A stretch of DNA of 64,000 nucleotides from Candidatus Bathyarchaeota archaeon (GCA_963769425.1 CAVYLP010000004.1:32001-96000), one strand, 5' to 3'. Numbered from the stretch's first letter, positions 32,233 to 41,955 are shown. Notes: a model not told the origin generated them from the letters alone. Translations and numbers: made by a program.

Positions 32233-32613
32233 ATGTACAGCGACAAGGTCATGGAGCACTTCAAGAACCCCCGCAACGTCGGGGAGATACCTGACGCCGA
32301 CGGAGTAGGAACCGTCGGCAACCCCGTCTGCGGCGACATGATGACCATGTACATAAAGGTCAAGAACGGCAAGATCGCAGACATTAAGTTCAAAACATAT
32401 GGCTGCGGTGCTGCTATTGCAACCAGCAGCATGACCACCGAGCTCGCAATGGGTAAGACCCTCGAGGAGGCAGAAAAGATCACACGCCAGAGCGTCGCAG
32501 ACGCCTTAGACGGCTTACCCCCAGTCAAGATGCACTGCAGTAACCTAGCCTCAGACGCACTCCTCGAGGCGATAAAGGACTACAAGAAGAAGCAGGAGGA
32601 AAAGAAGAAATGA
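32233..32613 (+). CDS. iscU: Fe-S cluster scaffold IscU/NifU
   Basis: NPRNVG, CGD, GCG, LPPVKMHCS. Confidence 0.97.
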   Translation: MYSDKVMEHFKNPRNVGEIPDADGVGTVGNPVCGDMMTMYIKVKNGKIADIKFKTYGCGAAIATSSMTTELAMGKTLEEAEKITRQSVADALDGLPPVKMHCSNLASDALLEAIKDYKKKQEEKKK

Positions 32614-32747
32614 ATGAAAAGGTCGAGAAATGCCCGATGTGCGGCCTCCCGAAGGGGGAGGACTGCGACCTAATGGTAGGAAAAAGCGGGGAAAAGACCC
32701 TCGTTTGCTGCTGCGAGAGGCTACAGAAGAAAAACGTTAAGAAGTAG
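32610..32747 (+). CDS. 45-aa Cys-rich microprotein
   Basis: ATGA overlap with iscU stop; MNEKVEKCPMCGLPKGEDCDLMVGKSGEKTLVCCCERLQKKNVKK. Confidence 0.65.
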   Translation: MNEKVEKCPMCGLPKGEDCDLMVGKSGEKTLVCCCERLQKKNVKK

Positions 32748-32788
32748 CACTGCCGGGTATTGACAAGTACCCCCCCGAGGGCCCTTAT

Positions 32789-33379
32789 TTGGACAGATTC
32801 AAGTTAGCCTCGCGCCTCTCCGCGGCCCTCAACGCGCCATTAATCACTGTCATAACGTTCGTCCCCCTGATACTCATAAGCGGGATCAGCGACGCCCCCC
32901 TCCTCATCGCGATAACGAGCTTCTTCGGCTGCATCCTCCCCCTCGCCATGGTGTATGGCCTCCTCAAGCTCGATATTATCAATGACTTCTACGCCCATGA
33001 GAGGGACACCCGCTTCATCCCCTTCCTCTGGACCACGTTCTTCTACCTCCTCGGGACGATAAGCCTCATACTCGTCTCGGCGCCACCAGCCGTGACTGCA
33101 CTCATGGCCTGTTACTTTGTCAACGGTATAGTTTTAATGGTCATCACGATGAAGTGGAAGATCAGCATACACGCAAGCGGCATAACGGGCCCCTTCACGG
33201 CACTCGTCTACCTGCTCGGCGGGGTAATGCTCCCCCTCCTACTCGTTGTGATACCCGTCGCGTGGGCGAGGGTCGAGCTAAAAGCACACACGATAATGCA
33301 GGTAGCCGTCGGTGCGATACTTAGCTGCGCCCTGACGTGGCTGCAGATGAGCTTCTACCTCCACAGGCTAATCCTGTAA
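32789..33379 (+). CDS. PAP2-superfamily-like membrane protein
   Basis: WKISIHA, WARVELKAHT..QV..G. Confidence 0.8.
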   Translation: MDRFKLASRLSAALNAPLITVITFVPLILISGISDAPLLIAITSFFGCILPLAMVYGLLKLDIINDFYAHERDTRFIPFLWTTFFYLLGTISLILVSAPPAVTALMACYFVNGIVLMVITMKWKISIHASGITGPFTALVYLLGGVMLPLLLVVIPVAWARVELKAHTIMQVAVGAILSCALTWLQMSFYLHRLIL

Positions 33380-33390
33380 AGGAAAGGGGT

Positions 33391-34568
33391 CTAAACCCCG
33401 AGCACCTTATCACCCATCATCTGTCCGAAGGCGTAAGCCCGCTTCACCTCTTCCCCGTTCGGCTTGAAGACGAAGTCTATATCGCTCTCGACCATCTGGA
33501 TTCCGCTCGCCTGCATCTCGGTCTCCACCATCTTCTTCGCCCCACCGGCCCAGCCGTAGCTACCGAAAGGCTGCTCCGATCTTGTTGACTGGCTTCAGCC
33601 CACGCATGTAGGCGAGGAACCCAGCGACAGTGGGGAAGATATGGTTGTTGAGAGTCGGTGATCCGACGATGATGGCCTTCGCCTCGAGGATGTCAGCTAT
33701 GACATCGCTGTTTGCGACTCGCCCCGAGGCAGTGGAGCCTCACCTCGACCCCCTTCGAAGCTATGCCATCTGCTATCGCCCTAGCGAGCACCTGGGTGCT
33801 CCCCCACATCGTGTCATAGACTACGACTACCCTCTTCCTACTCACCCCCGCTACCCATCCCTGGTAGGCGGCTAGTATCTTCCCCGGGTCCTTCCTCCAG
33901 ACAATACCGTGGCTCGGGGCGATCATCTCCACTTGCACACCCTCGAGCGCCTTGAGAGCGCGGGAGACGCTCCTCCAGAGGGGCATCAGGATGTTGGCGT
34001 AGTAGGTGGATGCCTCCTGCATGAGCTCCGCTTCGTCGACCTCGTCGTCGAAGCGGCCGCTTGAGGCGAGGTGCTGCCCGAAGGCGTCGTTGCTGAAGAG
34101 GAGCTTCTCCTCGGGCATGTAGCTCACCATCGAGTCGGGCCAGTGAGCCATGGGGACTGGCACGAAGGTAAGGCTCCTCTTCCCCAGCTTGAGCGACGGC
34201 ATCTTCTCGATCGGTGTCACATTGATGTCCTCACCGTAGTACTTTCTGAGTGTGTTGACGCACCGCTCCGTCGCGACTATCTCTGCGTTCGGGCAAGCCT
34301 CAAGGACCCTCCTGATGCTACCCGAGTGGTCCGGCTCCGCGTGGTTCGCCACGATGTAGTTGACCTTCTTCGGGTCTATGACCTCTGAGACCCTGACGAC
34401 CTGCTCCTCGGCGAACGGGGCCTTCACGAAGTCGATGAGCGCCACCTTCTCGTCGACGACTAGGTAGGAGTTGTAGCTGCTCCCCCTGTGGGTGATGTAG
34501 CCGTGGAAGTTGCGTATGCTCCAATCCACTGCGCCGACCCAGTGGATGCCCTCCTTAATCTCCGTCAT
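33391..34568 (-). CDS. fprA: Flavodiiron protein FprA (two frameshifts in flavodoxin domain)
   Basis: HAEPDH, HWPD, DAFGQH, PSHG, TMWGST; FGSYGWAGG downstream in shifted frame. Confidence 0.92.
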
Positions 34569-34614
34569 GAGAACAAACCTTCGAATCTCTCGAAGGAAGG
34601 AGCAAATAAAAGTG

Positions 34615-35526
34615 TTATGCGCTTGGGACTTCGACCTCGAGGAGGTCGCTCGCTACAATCGTGTCGGGGAACACCTTCAGAGCCGCCTCGAGTAGAGGAG
34701 TAATGTCGCCGTACCGGCTACTGATATGCGTCAGGATAAGGCGCATAACTCCTGCCTCCGTTGCGACTCCCGCGGCTTGGCTGAAGGTAGAGTGTCCATC
34801 CTCCTTCGCCCGTTCGATCAGATTATCTGCGAAGGTTGCCTCATGTATCAGTAGATCAGCCCCAGAGGCAAGTCTCACTATTTCCTCGCTTGGCCTCGTG
34901 TCCCCCGTGTAGACTATGACCTTTCCGCGGCGGGGTGCATCGGCCACGTCGAGTGACTTGACGATCCTTCCAGCGACCTCAACATCCTCCCCCTCCTGGA
35001 GCCGCTTCCATAGCGCACCCTCTGGAACGCTCAGCGCCTTCGCCTTCTCTGGGTGAAACCTGCCCGGCCTTGGCTTCTCCCTGATCGCGTATGCCCATTC
35101 CTCTAGTCTGTGATCACCTCTACAGACCTCAACCTTGAATGAGTTGCCCTCGTAGACCACACCGGGCTCGCCAATCTCGTGGACTTTGACGGGGAACGCT
35201 GGGCCGCCGAGTGTGTTCGAGACCCCCTGTAAGAATGCGTGGAGCCCCCTAGGGCCAAATATGTCTAGCTGCTCCTCCCTTCTCTGGAGCGTCATCGACT
35301 GCAGCAGGCCGGGGACACCGAGGACGTGGTCGCCGTGGAGGTGTGTTATGAATATCTGCTTGACTCTGCTGAAGCCGATGTGGGCGGCGACCATCTGCCG
35401 TTGGGTGCCCTCACCGCAGTCGAGGAGAACCACTCCCCTACCAATCTTGACCGCGACGCAGGACGAGCTCCTCTCGGGCGTGGGCAGGCTCCCACTTGTC
35501 CCAAGGAAGACGACCTTCAACCCCAT
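34615..35526 (-). CDS. rnz: Ribonuclease Z
   Basis: DCGEGTQ, THLHGDH, exosite, HEAT, GHST, THISSRY. Confidence 0.96.
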   Translation of the reverse strand: MGLKVVFLGTSGSLPTPERSSSCVAVKIGRGVVLLDCGEGTQRQMVAAHIGFSRVKQIFITHLHGDHVLGVPGLLQSMTLQRREEQLDIFGPRGLHAFLQGVSNTLGGPAFPVKVHEIGEPGVVYEGNSFKVEVCRGDHRLEEWAYAIREKPRPGRFHPEKAKALSVPEGALWKRLQEGEDVEVAGRIVKSLDVADAPRRGKVIVYTGDTRPSEEIVRLASGADLLIHEATFADNLIERAKEDGHSTFSQAAGVATEAGVMRLILTHISSRYGDITPLLEAALKVFPDTIVASDLLEVEVPSA

Positions 35527-35567
35527 CAGCTCCGTGTCTCAAGAGATGCCCAGTTGTTTAAAACACC

Positions 35568-36494
35568 TCAGCGAACCGGCTGGGTCTCGAGCCAGCGTAT
35601 GGCTTCGAGGGCCGCGGCGCAGCCACTCCCGCAGCTAGTCACCACCTGGCGGTAGACTATGTCCATGAGGTCACCAGCGACGTATATGCCCGGCTTCCTA
35701 GTCTTCACACCGAACGCCCCGAAGGTTTCGAGGTTATCCCCCTCATCCATCTCCAGCTGTCCCTTGAATATCCCCGTGTTGGGGTCCCAGCCGATGGCCA
35801 GGAGTACGCCGTCGGAGTCGATAACGCTGGTAGCCCCGGTCTTGAGGTTCCGTAGCCTCACCTGTTGGACCCGCTTCTCCCCGATTATCTCTTCCATAAT
35901 GGTGCTGTAGAGGAACCTTATCTTCGGCTCACTCATCGCCTTCTCAGTAAGGCACCTGCAGGCGCGTAGCTCATCCCTCCTGTGGACGATAGTCACCTCG
36001 GTGGCGAACTTGGCCAGGTCTATGGCCTCCTGTACCGCGGAGTCGCCTCCCCCGACGACAATGGCCTTCTTGTCCTCATATAGAACCGCGTCGCACGTCG
36101 CGCAGACGAAGACGCCGCGTCCGAAGAGGCGGTCCTCGCCAGGGACACCTAGCTTCTTATGAGTCATGCCCGTAGCCACGACAATGGACTTCGCCTCGAG
36201 GAGCTTCTCCCCCACCCAGACCTTGTACGGTGTGGAGGTAAAATCGACCCGAGTAGCCTCGGCGTCGAGGAACTCCGCCCCGAATCTCTCAGCATGTGCC
36301 TTGAACCTGTCCGACAGCTCAGGTCCCGTGATCCCGTCTGGGAAGCCTGGGTAGTTGTCCACCTGATAGGTTAGAGCTATCTGGCCCCCGACCATAGGGC
36401 CGATTATGACAAGTGTCTTGAGCTTGCCACGGGCGGCGTACATCGCAGCCGTGAGACCCGAGGGGCCCGCGCCCAAGATGATGACATCGTACAA
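35568..36494 (-). CDS. trxB: Thioredoxin reductase
   Basis: GAGPSG, NYPGF, CATCD, GGGDSA, HRR. Confidence 0.95.
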   Translation of the reverse strand: MYDVIILGAGPSGLTAAMYAARGKLKTLVIIGPMVGGQIALTYQVDNYPGFPDGITGPELSDRFKAHAERFGAEFLDAEATRVDFTSTPYKVWVGEKLLEAKSIVVATGMTHKKLGVPGEDRLFGRGVFVCATCDAVLYEDKKAIVVGGGDSAVQEAIDLAKFATEVTIVHRRDELRACRCLTEKAMSEPKIRFLYSTIMEEIIGEKRVQQVRLRNLKTGATSVIDSDGVLLAIGWDPNTGIFKGQLEMDEGDNLETFGAFGVKTRKPGIYVAGDLMDIVYRQVVTSCGSGCAAALEAIRWLETQPVR

Positions 36495-36506
36495 TGCGTT
36501 GTCCTC

Positions 36507-36848
36507 TCAGGCGCAGTCCTTGATGATGTTCTCGATTGTCCCGAGGAGGTTGATGGTGGTCTCAAGCCCGACGATCTCTCCCTTCTCGATACCCTTGCAG
36601 TAGATCTTGAAGGTGGGGGTCCCGATGACTCCTTTGTCTATGGCGAATCGGCGCGCTTCCCTGCTCTCCATGACGTTGAAGCGGAGAAGCCTCGCCTTGT
36701 CACCTAGTTTCTGGGGGAGCTCCTGTACTATAGGCTCGATCTTCTTGCAGGTGGGGCAGGACTGATGCCAGAACTCGATTATAACCGGCTTCTCCGATTT
36801 CATGACCTGGTCGTCCCAGTCGGCGTACTGGAGGTTATCCCCGGACAA
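36507..36848 (-). CDS. Thioredoxin family protein
   Basis: CPTC, GTPTF. Confidence 0.9.
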   Translation of the reverse strand: MSGDNLQYADWDDQVMKSEKPVIIEFWHQSCPTCKKIEPIVQELPQKLGDKARLLRFNVMESREARRFAIDKGVIGTPTFKIYCKGIEKGEIVGLETTINLLGTIENIIKDCA

Positions 36849-36900
36849 ATCGTATCACTTGGTGTGAGTCGGGAAAGGCCGGATTTAACCCGTTCCCCGG

Positions 36901-37242
36901 CTAGACCTCGGCGAAGTTGAGGGCGCCGTCGGTTATCGAGAGTTCGTAGAGCATGTTCGGGTAGGGCTTGAGGCGGAAGCTCTCAAGCTCCTCCCCCGTG
37001 AGGATCAGGGTGAGCTTCATCTGCTCATAGTCCTTACCCATACCTGGCATTACATTCTGGAAACTCTTCGTGACCTGAACTATCATCTGCCCGATCTCCT
37101 CTGGGACGTCGGGGTTGGTCATCATCATTACGGGTGGGCGCTGCCTGACCTCGACGAAGTCGATCTGGTAGCACTCCCTACCCTCCATGTCCTTCACCGA
37201 CTTGACGGATTGGACCTTGATCCTGATCCTGGAGCTGATCAT
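36901..37242 (-). CDS. Arcadin-1-like protein
   Basis: 113 aa; D..G....IDFVE...P.V and KLTLILT.EE.E.F...YEL.I.DG match my recollection of Pyrobaculum arcadin-1. Confidence 0.7.
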   Translation of the reverse strand: MISSRIRIKVQSVKSVKDMEGRECYQIDFVEVRQRPPVMMMTNPDVPEEIGQMIVQVTKSFQNVMPGMGKDYEQMKLTLILTGEELESFRLKPYPNMLYELSITDGALNFAEV

Positions 37243-37277
37243 CCCGGAATATGTCCCCCATTGTAAGATGTAAAGAT

Positions 37278-38040
37278 ATGTTTCCACAAAGTAAACCCGG
37301 ATATCGGTCGGTTCAGGTGTGGACGAGTCGCGTTAGTCGGTCGGCACCGGCTCAAGTGGCGACTCTGAGTCGCTGGATTGGTGGGCTAGCAGTTAACGGT
37401 GGTGAGTTGGCGGGGCTGAGTCCCGATGAGCTTGTCGCCTTTCAATTAGAGAGTAAAGACTACGCGATCCTTGACCTTCTCCAAGCGTGGATTCTGAACC
37501 TCGGAGGAAGGGCGGGGAGTAAGGAGCGCTGCAATAACACTATTCGGAGCATCTTTATGCATAACCGCGCGGAGCTTCCCCGGGATCGGGGCTTCTGTGT
37601 GTCGAGTGAGGAGGCGCCGGTTCGTGGCTCGCTGAGCCTTGAGGAGGTGCGCCACATCCTCGACGCCTCGAATCCGCTTAACCGCGCCGTTATTCTCTCA
37701 ATGGTGTCGGGTGGGATGGGCTTCGGAGAGGTTGAGTATTGGAATCGGACAGGGCTCGCGAGGCTTAGTCAACAGCTAAGAGATGATGTCCGCCCCATCC
37801 GAGTGGACCTCTGGGGCGTAAGAGGTATCGAAATAAGCGACCTTTCTATACTTGGCTCGGCGAGGATGCGCGGACGGCTCTCGTAGTCTACCTCGCTAAG
37901 AGGGTCGACGCGGGTCCCGAGATTTTTATCACTCAGATGAGGACGCCGCTAACCCACGACACGATGCTTACCTATTGGCTTCGAACGTTTCGGGTCCTCG
38001 GCCTTATCCCGGTGAAGGAGAAAACGCCGCGGGAGAAGGC
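37278..38040 (+). pseudogene. Tyrosine recombinase/integrase remnant (frameshifted, C-terminal catalytic part missing)
   Basis: IRSIFMHNRAELPRD, LSLEEVRHIL..NRAVILSM..GGMG..E; shifted frame continues PFYTWLGEDA..AL..YL...IF; no HxxR or catalytic Tyr seen. Confidence 0.72.
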
Positions 38041-38301
38041 GACGTGCCTTTCCGCGATGTTCTCCGAGTCGAGGGCGTCGGTGCACCCCGCGGCTGAGTG
38101 GTTGACGGCTTCGAGGCTCGCCCCCAAGCTCGCGATCTTGGCGTCGATCTCGTTGAGCCGCGCCGTCTCCTCGGCGGTGAAATACTCCTTGGCGCCGGCT
38201 GAGGCACCTCTTTATCGCGGCGCCAATAGGGGCGCCTTCTCGGCTTCTAGGGCGTTGATCTGGTCGACGAGCGTCTTCCGGGTTTCCTCGATCGTCATCA
38301 T
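37974..38301 (-). pseudogene. Small coiled-coil protein gene with in-frame TAA (38212-38214)
   Basis: MMTIEETRKTLVDQINALEAEKAPLLAPR*RGASAGAKEYFTAEETARLNEIDAKIASL... Confidence 0.5.
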
Positions 38302-38311
38302 ATTTACTCAC

Positions 38312-38364
38312 TTCCGTAAATTAGTAAATACCACTACGTATTTAAGACTTACGCATTTACGAAA
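38312..38364. promoter_or_regulatory. Inverted repeat between divergent element genes (candidate RHH operator)
   Basis: TTCCGTAAATTAGTAA (38312-38327) vs TTACGCATTTACGAAA (38349-38364), 13/16 complementary. Confidence 0.55.
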
Positions 38365-38385
38365 ATAGGTAAAGTTTATATTGAT

Positions 38386-38715
38386 TTGATGTCTAATTAC
38401 TATCCGATAGAGATGAAGAAACTGACCGTGATGCTCAACGACGACACTGAAAAAAGCCTTCGCGAATATGTTACTCGCAACTATCCGACTCAACCGTTTG
38501 GAAAACTCAGCGAAGTCGCCAACCACGCAATCGCTCACTACATTAATGATCACGTTGTAACTGGACGTATCTCTCGATGGGAGCCAACCAATAAACTCGT
38601 TATTGATGTAATTGAACAGACAGAGAATAATGCAGGCATGTCTTTCTTTACAGGTGCCGTTTTCGGGAAGTATCTCGGAAAAAAAGTGCGAGTTGTAATC
38701 GAGGAACTTGATTAA
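38386..38715 (+). CDS. Ribbon-helix-helix DNA-binding protein with C-terminal extension
   Basis: KKLTVMLNDDTEKSLREYV...GKLSEVANHAIAHYI. Confidence 0.75.
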   Translation: MMSNYYPIEMKKLTVMLNDDTEKSLREYVTRNYPTQPFGKLSEVANHAIAHYINDHVVTGRISRWEPTNKLVIDVIEQTENNAGMSFFTGAVFGKYLGKKVRVVIEELD

Positions 38716-38915
38716 CCACCTTTGCTCACCTCCCCGCCAACCGTAACTCAGGGCGGACGACGATTCAGCAACCTTTAAACTATTGAATCGATAGGACCCA
38801 CTCGGGGAAGCGCGGAACGGCATAGCCTAGACACCTAAGCCGAACCGGCCACCCCACATTAATAAATAGACCTGAAACCTTAAGCGGGTAGTCACCTGAA
38901 AGTGAAAACCTTTTA

Positions 38916-40220
38916 TTATTTTTTACATTCATCAATTTTATATTTTGTTCTATATAATTGAGCTAAGGTTAAATCTCTTCTTCGAGCTATGTTTTCAACA
39001 TCCATAAATCGCGAAGCAATCCAATCGGATACTTTTCTTAAATTACTAGGTTTTGTTTTAACCGTCGAGTCTGTTTTATCTTCTATAACTTTTTCTGTAC
39101 CATACACTACAATATCTGATAACGCATTATAAAATTTAGCTGTTTTTGATTTAGCTATTTCTTCAATCTGACGATTATAATCCACTAGTTTAGAATTTAG
39201 ACGCTCTGAATATCTCATTGCATAAGGATCTTTCCTAATTCGATCTGTTATTTTCCGAATTGCTCTTGTAGAACTACTATCCATGAGATCTAGATAATTG
39301 CCGAGATCTATGTCGGAGGTATATTTCACTCCAAGTCCTGAAACTATTGTATCATAAAAACCCTCTTTTTCCGATATGTTAGAAAAAAGGCCGAAAGACT
39401 CTTTTGCAATAGAGCAATTTGTTTCTATTGTAGCTTGAAAGTTTCTTGCAATTATTACATCGGAAGAGAGATTAAGAGAACTTTCAGGGTACTTAAGTGT
39501 TAATATACGTTTTTTTGGAACTCCAAGTCGATATAATTCAGCAATGTAATCTACATACTCGTTTTCTTCTTCCTTTGAAATATCTAAATTAAAATCTTTA
39601 ATTTCGCCTCTTGCTTTATCAGTTAATTCTTCACATCTTTTACAAAGATTTTTAACACTTTCGCATTTATTAAATAAATAAATCAAGTTCATATATTCGG
39701 AAGATATTCTCGGCAATCCCGGTTCTAAGAAAACATTTATAAAATCAACATCATAGTCGGAATATGAAGTTTCAAAATAGGGAATAATTCTTCCTTTTTC
39801 AATAAATTTAATGAAATCATTTATTTTAATATTATTAGTGGATTCAAAAGATTCTGCGGTCATTTTTTTTCCAAATTCATAATCATTTGGTATAGGATAA
39901 ATTAAAGTATCATACAATGGGGTTAAGGAAAAAATTAAATTATTAGACTCTTCTTCAGAGAATCCACACTTTGCATTAGAAGGCGATGCATAAGAGCAAG
40001 GAACTCTTGGAATGAAAACTCGGGACGATTTTATTTTAAAACCCAAAATATCGTCTATCGTTAATTTTCCTTTTTCAGCTTTTTCCCAATTTTCTTCCAG
40101 ATAACTGGAATTTTCTTCATCAATTTTTTTAAGTTTAGACAATTTAAAGATTAAGAGTCTATATTGGTCTTCAATAATATATTTTTTTAGATGCAGAAAC
40201 AAAAAAAGGCTTGGAAACAA
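38916..40220 (-). CDS. AT-rich hypothetical protein (start possibly TTG 40142)
   Basis: Long open frame in very AT-rich DNA. Confidence 0.8.
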   Translation of the reverse strand: MFPSLFLFLHLKKYIIEDQYRLLIFKLSKLKKIDEENSSYLEENWEKAEKGKLTIDDILGFKIKSSRVFIPRVPCSYASPSNAKCGFSEEESNNLIFSLTPLYDTLIYPIPNDYEFGKKMTAESFESTNNIKINDFIKFIEKGRIIPYFETSYSDYDVDFINVFLEPGLPRISSEYMNLIYLFNKCESVKNLCKRCEELTDKARGEIKDFNLDISKEEENEYVDYIAELYRLGVPKKRILTLKYPESSLNLSSDVIIARNFQATIETNCSIAKESFGLFSNISEKEGFYDTIVSGLGVKYTSDIDLGNYLDLMDSSSTRAIRKITDRIRKDPYAMRYSERLNSKLVDYNRQIEEIAKSKTAKFYNALSDIVVYGTEKVIEDKTDSTVKTKPSNLRKVSDWIASRFMDVENIARRRDLTLAQLYRTKYKIDECKK

Positions 40221-40299
40221 AACAAATCCCTAGATTCATAAAAATTATATTAACCAAAGTCTTCCGCGCGAAGCTCCACGAGGACATAGAGATTGACGC

Positions 40300-40319
40300 C
40301 GTCACCGTCGCTGACCTAC
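40300..40319 (+). repeat. Inter-cassette repeat copy 1 (encodes VTVADL)
   Basis: CGTCACCGTCGCTGACCTAC, 18/20 identical to 41159-41178. Confidence 0.8.
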
Positions 40320-40354
40320 CAACAAAACGGGCGAAATGTTCAATTTAATTTTTA

Positions 40355-40957
40355 TTAGATGCAATAAGCTATAGCCCAAAACAACCTCAAAAACAATAAT
40401 GAAATTATCAGTCCCATCGAAATAGACAAAACAACAAAACTCCAATTTTTTAACCTACCATTCAGATTAAAAACTTTATTTTGAAATACATCAACTATAC
40501 CAGATTTTTTCATCGTTTGATATTCATAATGTCTTATAATTTGATAAGACCATATTAATTTCAGAGCACAATAAGAAAGCATTGATATTAAAAGGAATAA
40601 AAATACAACAAGAATTCTATATTCAGTAATAGACACCATATTATCCAGTACTGAAATATTATTTATTCCACCAACTACAGTTGAATTTTGAACAATATTT
40701 TGAGGTTTTAAAAGATTTAACACAGAAAAGATTCCTACAAAAGACGATAGAGTTAAAGTAGCCCAAATACTCTGCCTACTCAACTCAAACCGAATTCTAT
40801 CATTAAATTCTTTATAAGAAATAGGCATTTGTTGAAGAGCGTTTTGGCCAATCCATAATATATAAACGAAATAGTCTTCTACTAATAGGAATAACAAAAC
40901 GAAAATAAGTAACTCATTACTTTGAAGTGAATTAAAGATACAATTACTAGGGTTCAA
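40355..40957 (-). CDS. AT-rich multi-TM hypothetical protein (start uncertain)
   Basis: 200-aa ORF with 3-4 TM segments. Confidence 0.7.
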   Translation of the reverse strand: MNPSNCIFNSLQSNELLIFVLLFLLVEDYFVYILWIGQNALQQMPISYKEFNDRIRFELSRQSIWATLTLSSFVGIFSVLNLLKPQNIVQNSTVVGGINNISVLDNMVSITEYRILVVFLFLLISMLSYCALKLIWSYQIIRHYEYQTMKKSGIVDVFQNKVFNLNGRLKNWSFVVLSISMGLIISLLFLRLFWAIAYCI

Positions 40958-41158
40958 ATTTTAAACCATTATTTGTTACCTTACTTTAAATATTTTTTGG
41001 TCAAAAACACACGCTTTCCAATTAAAAATACCTAAATAGTTCCACTAGTTGCAGTTTTCTAAAAAAAAATGTAGTTACGAGAGCCTTTCGACCGCTACCT
41101 TAACAGATTTGAAAGGTCGACCTCGATCCACGAAGATCGAAGTCGAGACTGTCATCAT

Positions 41159-41178
41159 CGTCACCGTTGCCGACCTAC
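41159..41178 (+). repeat. Inter-cassette repeat copy 2 (encodes VTVADL)
   Basis: CGTCACCGTTGCCGACCTAC. Confidence 0.8.
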
Positions 41179-41211
41179 TGAAAAAGGAAAAGAGAGAGGC
41201 TAAAATTCTGA

Positions 41212-41955
41212 CTAATTAATATCTTCAAAAACAGTAATTCCAAATTCGCGTTTCTCAGATAATGTTTTTTCTTCATGGGTTTCATTTATCGCAATGAGAA
41301 TATGAACAATATAAGAACATAGTTTTAACTCCTCTTTTATATCACGTTCTGTAAATAATACCATTTTTGATAGGTTTTTACTATCTGGAAAATATGATAT
41401 TATTATAGAGGATTCTCCGTCGTCACTAGGAGATTCATTAATCATTACACGCAATCCATGTTTATATGAATTATATAACTCTCTTTGCTTTAGATAATAA
41501 TCACTAATTTTTAACAACTTATCTTTGAAGGATAAGCAAGATTTTATACATTTATTTTTAATATCTTCTTCTAAATCTTCAATTGGTGGATATTGTAAAA
41601 GCCGACCCAGATAGCTAACATCAAACTTTTGAACGTTGTTATAAAAATCAATTATTTTTTCAACATCATATTTAAAAAGTTCCTCATGAAATAATTTACT
41701 ATTTTTTCTAGCAATTAAATTCGAAGCTAACGTTTCAGCATACATTACCGTCGTTATCATACACTCCAATTTAATCGAGCCCTTAATTATATTGAATAAA
41801 TTTGGATCATCAACTTTATGATCAACCGTCGTAGTAGGATCGAGATAGGCTTTCTCTAAGATTTTTAATTTAATATAAGGCCAATAAAGTGCTTGACCAT
41901 TAGCCATTATAAACGCCGAAGCTACATTACCCTGATAAGACATCCAAGAAACCAC
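41212..41955 (-). CDS. AT-rich hypothetical protein, possible HEPN-like
   Basis: 247 aa, helical; RELYNSYKHG motif. Confidence 0.75.
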   Translation of the reverse strand: MVSWMSYQGNVASAFIMANGQALYWPYIKLKILEKAYLDPTTTVDHKVDDPNLFNIIKGSIKLECMITTVMYAETLASNLIARKNSKLFHEELFKYDVEKIIDFYNNVQKFDVSYLGRLLQYPPIEDLEEDIKNKCIKSCLSFKDKLLKISDYYLKQRELYNSYKHGLRVMINESPSDDGESSIIISYFPDSKNLSKMVLFTERDIKEELKLCSYIVHILIAINETHEEKTLSEKREFGITVFEDIN

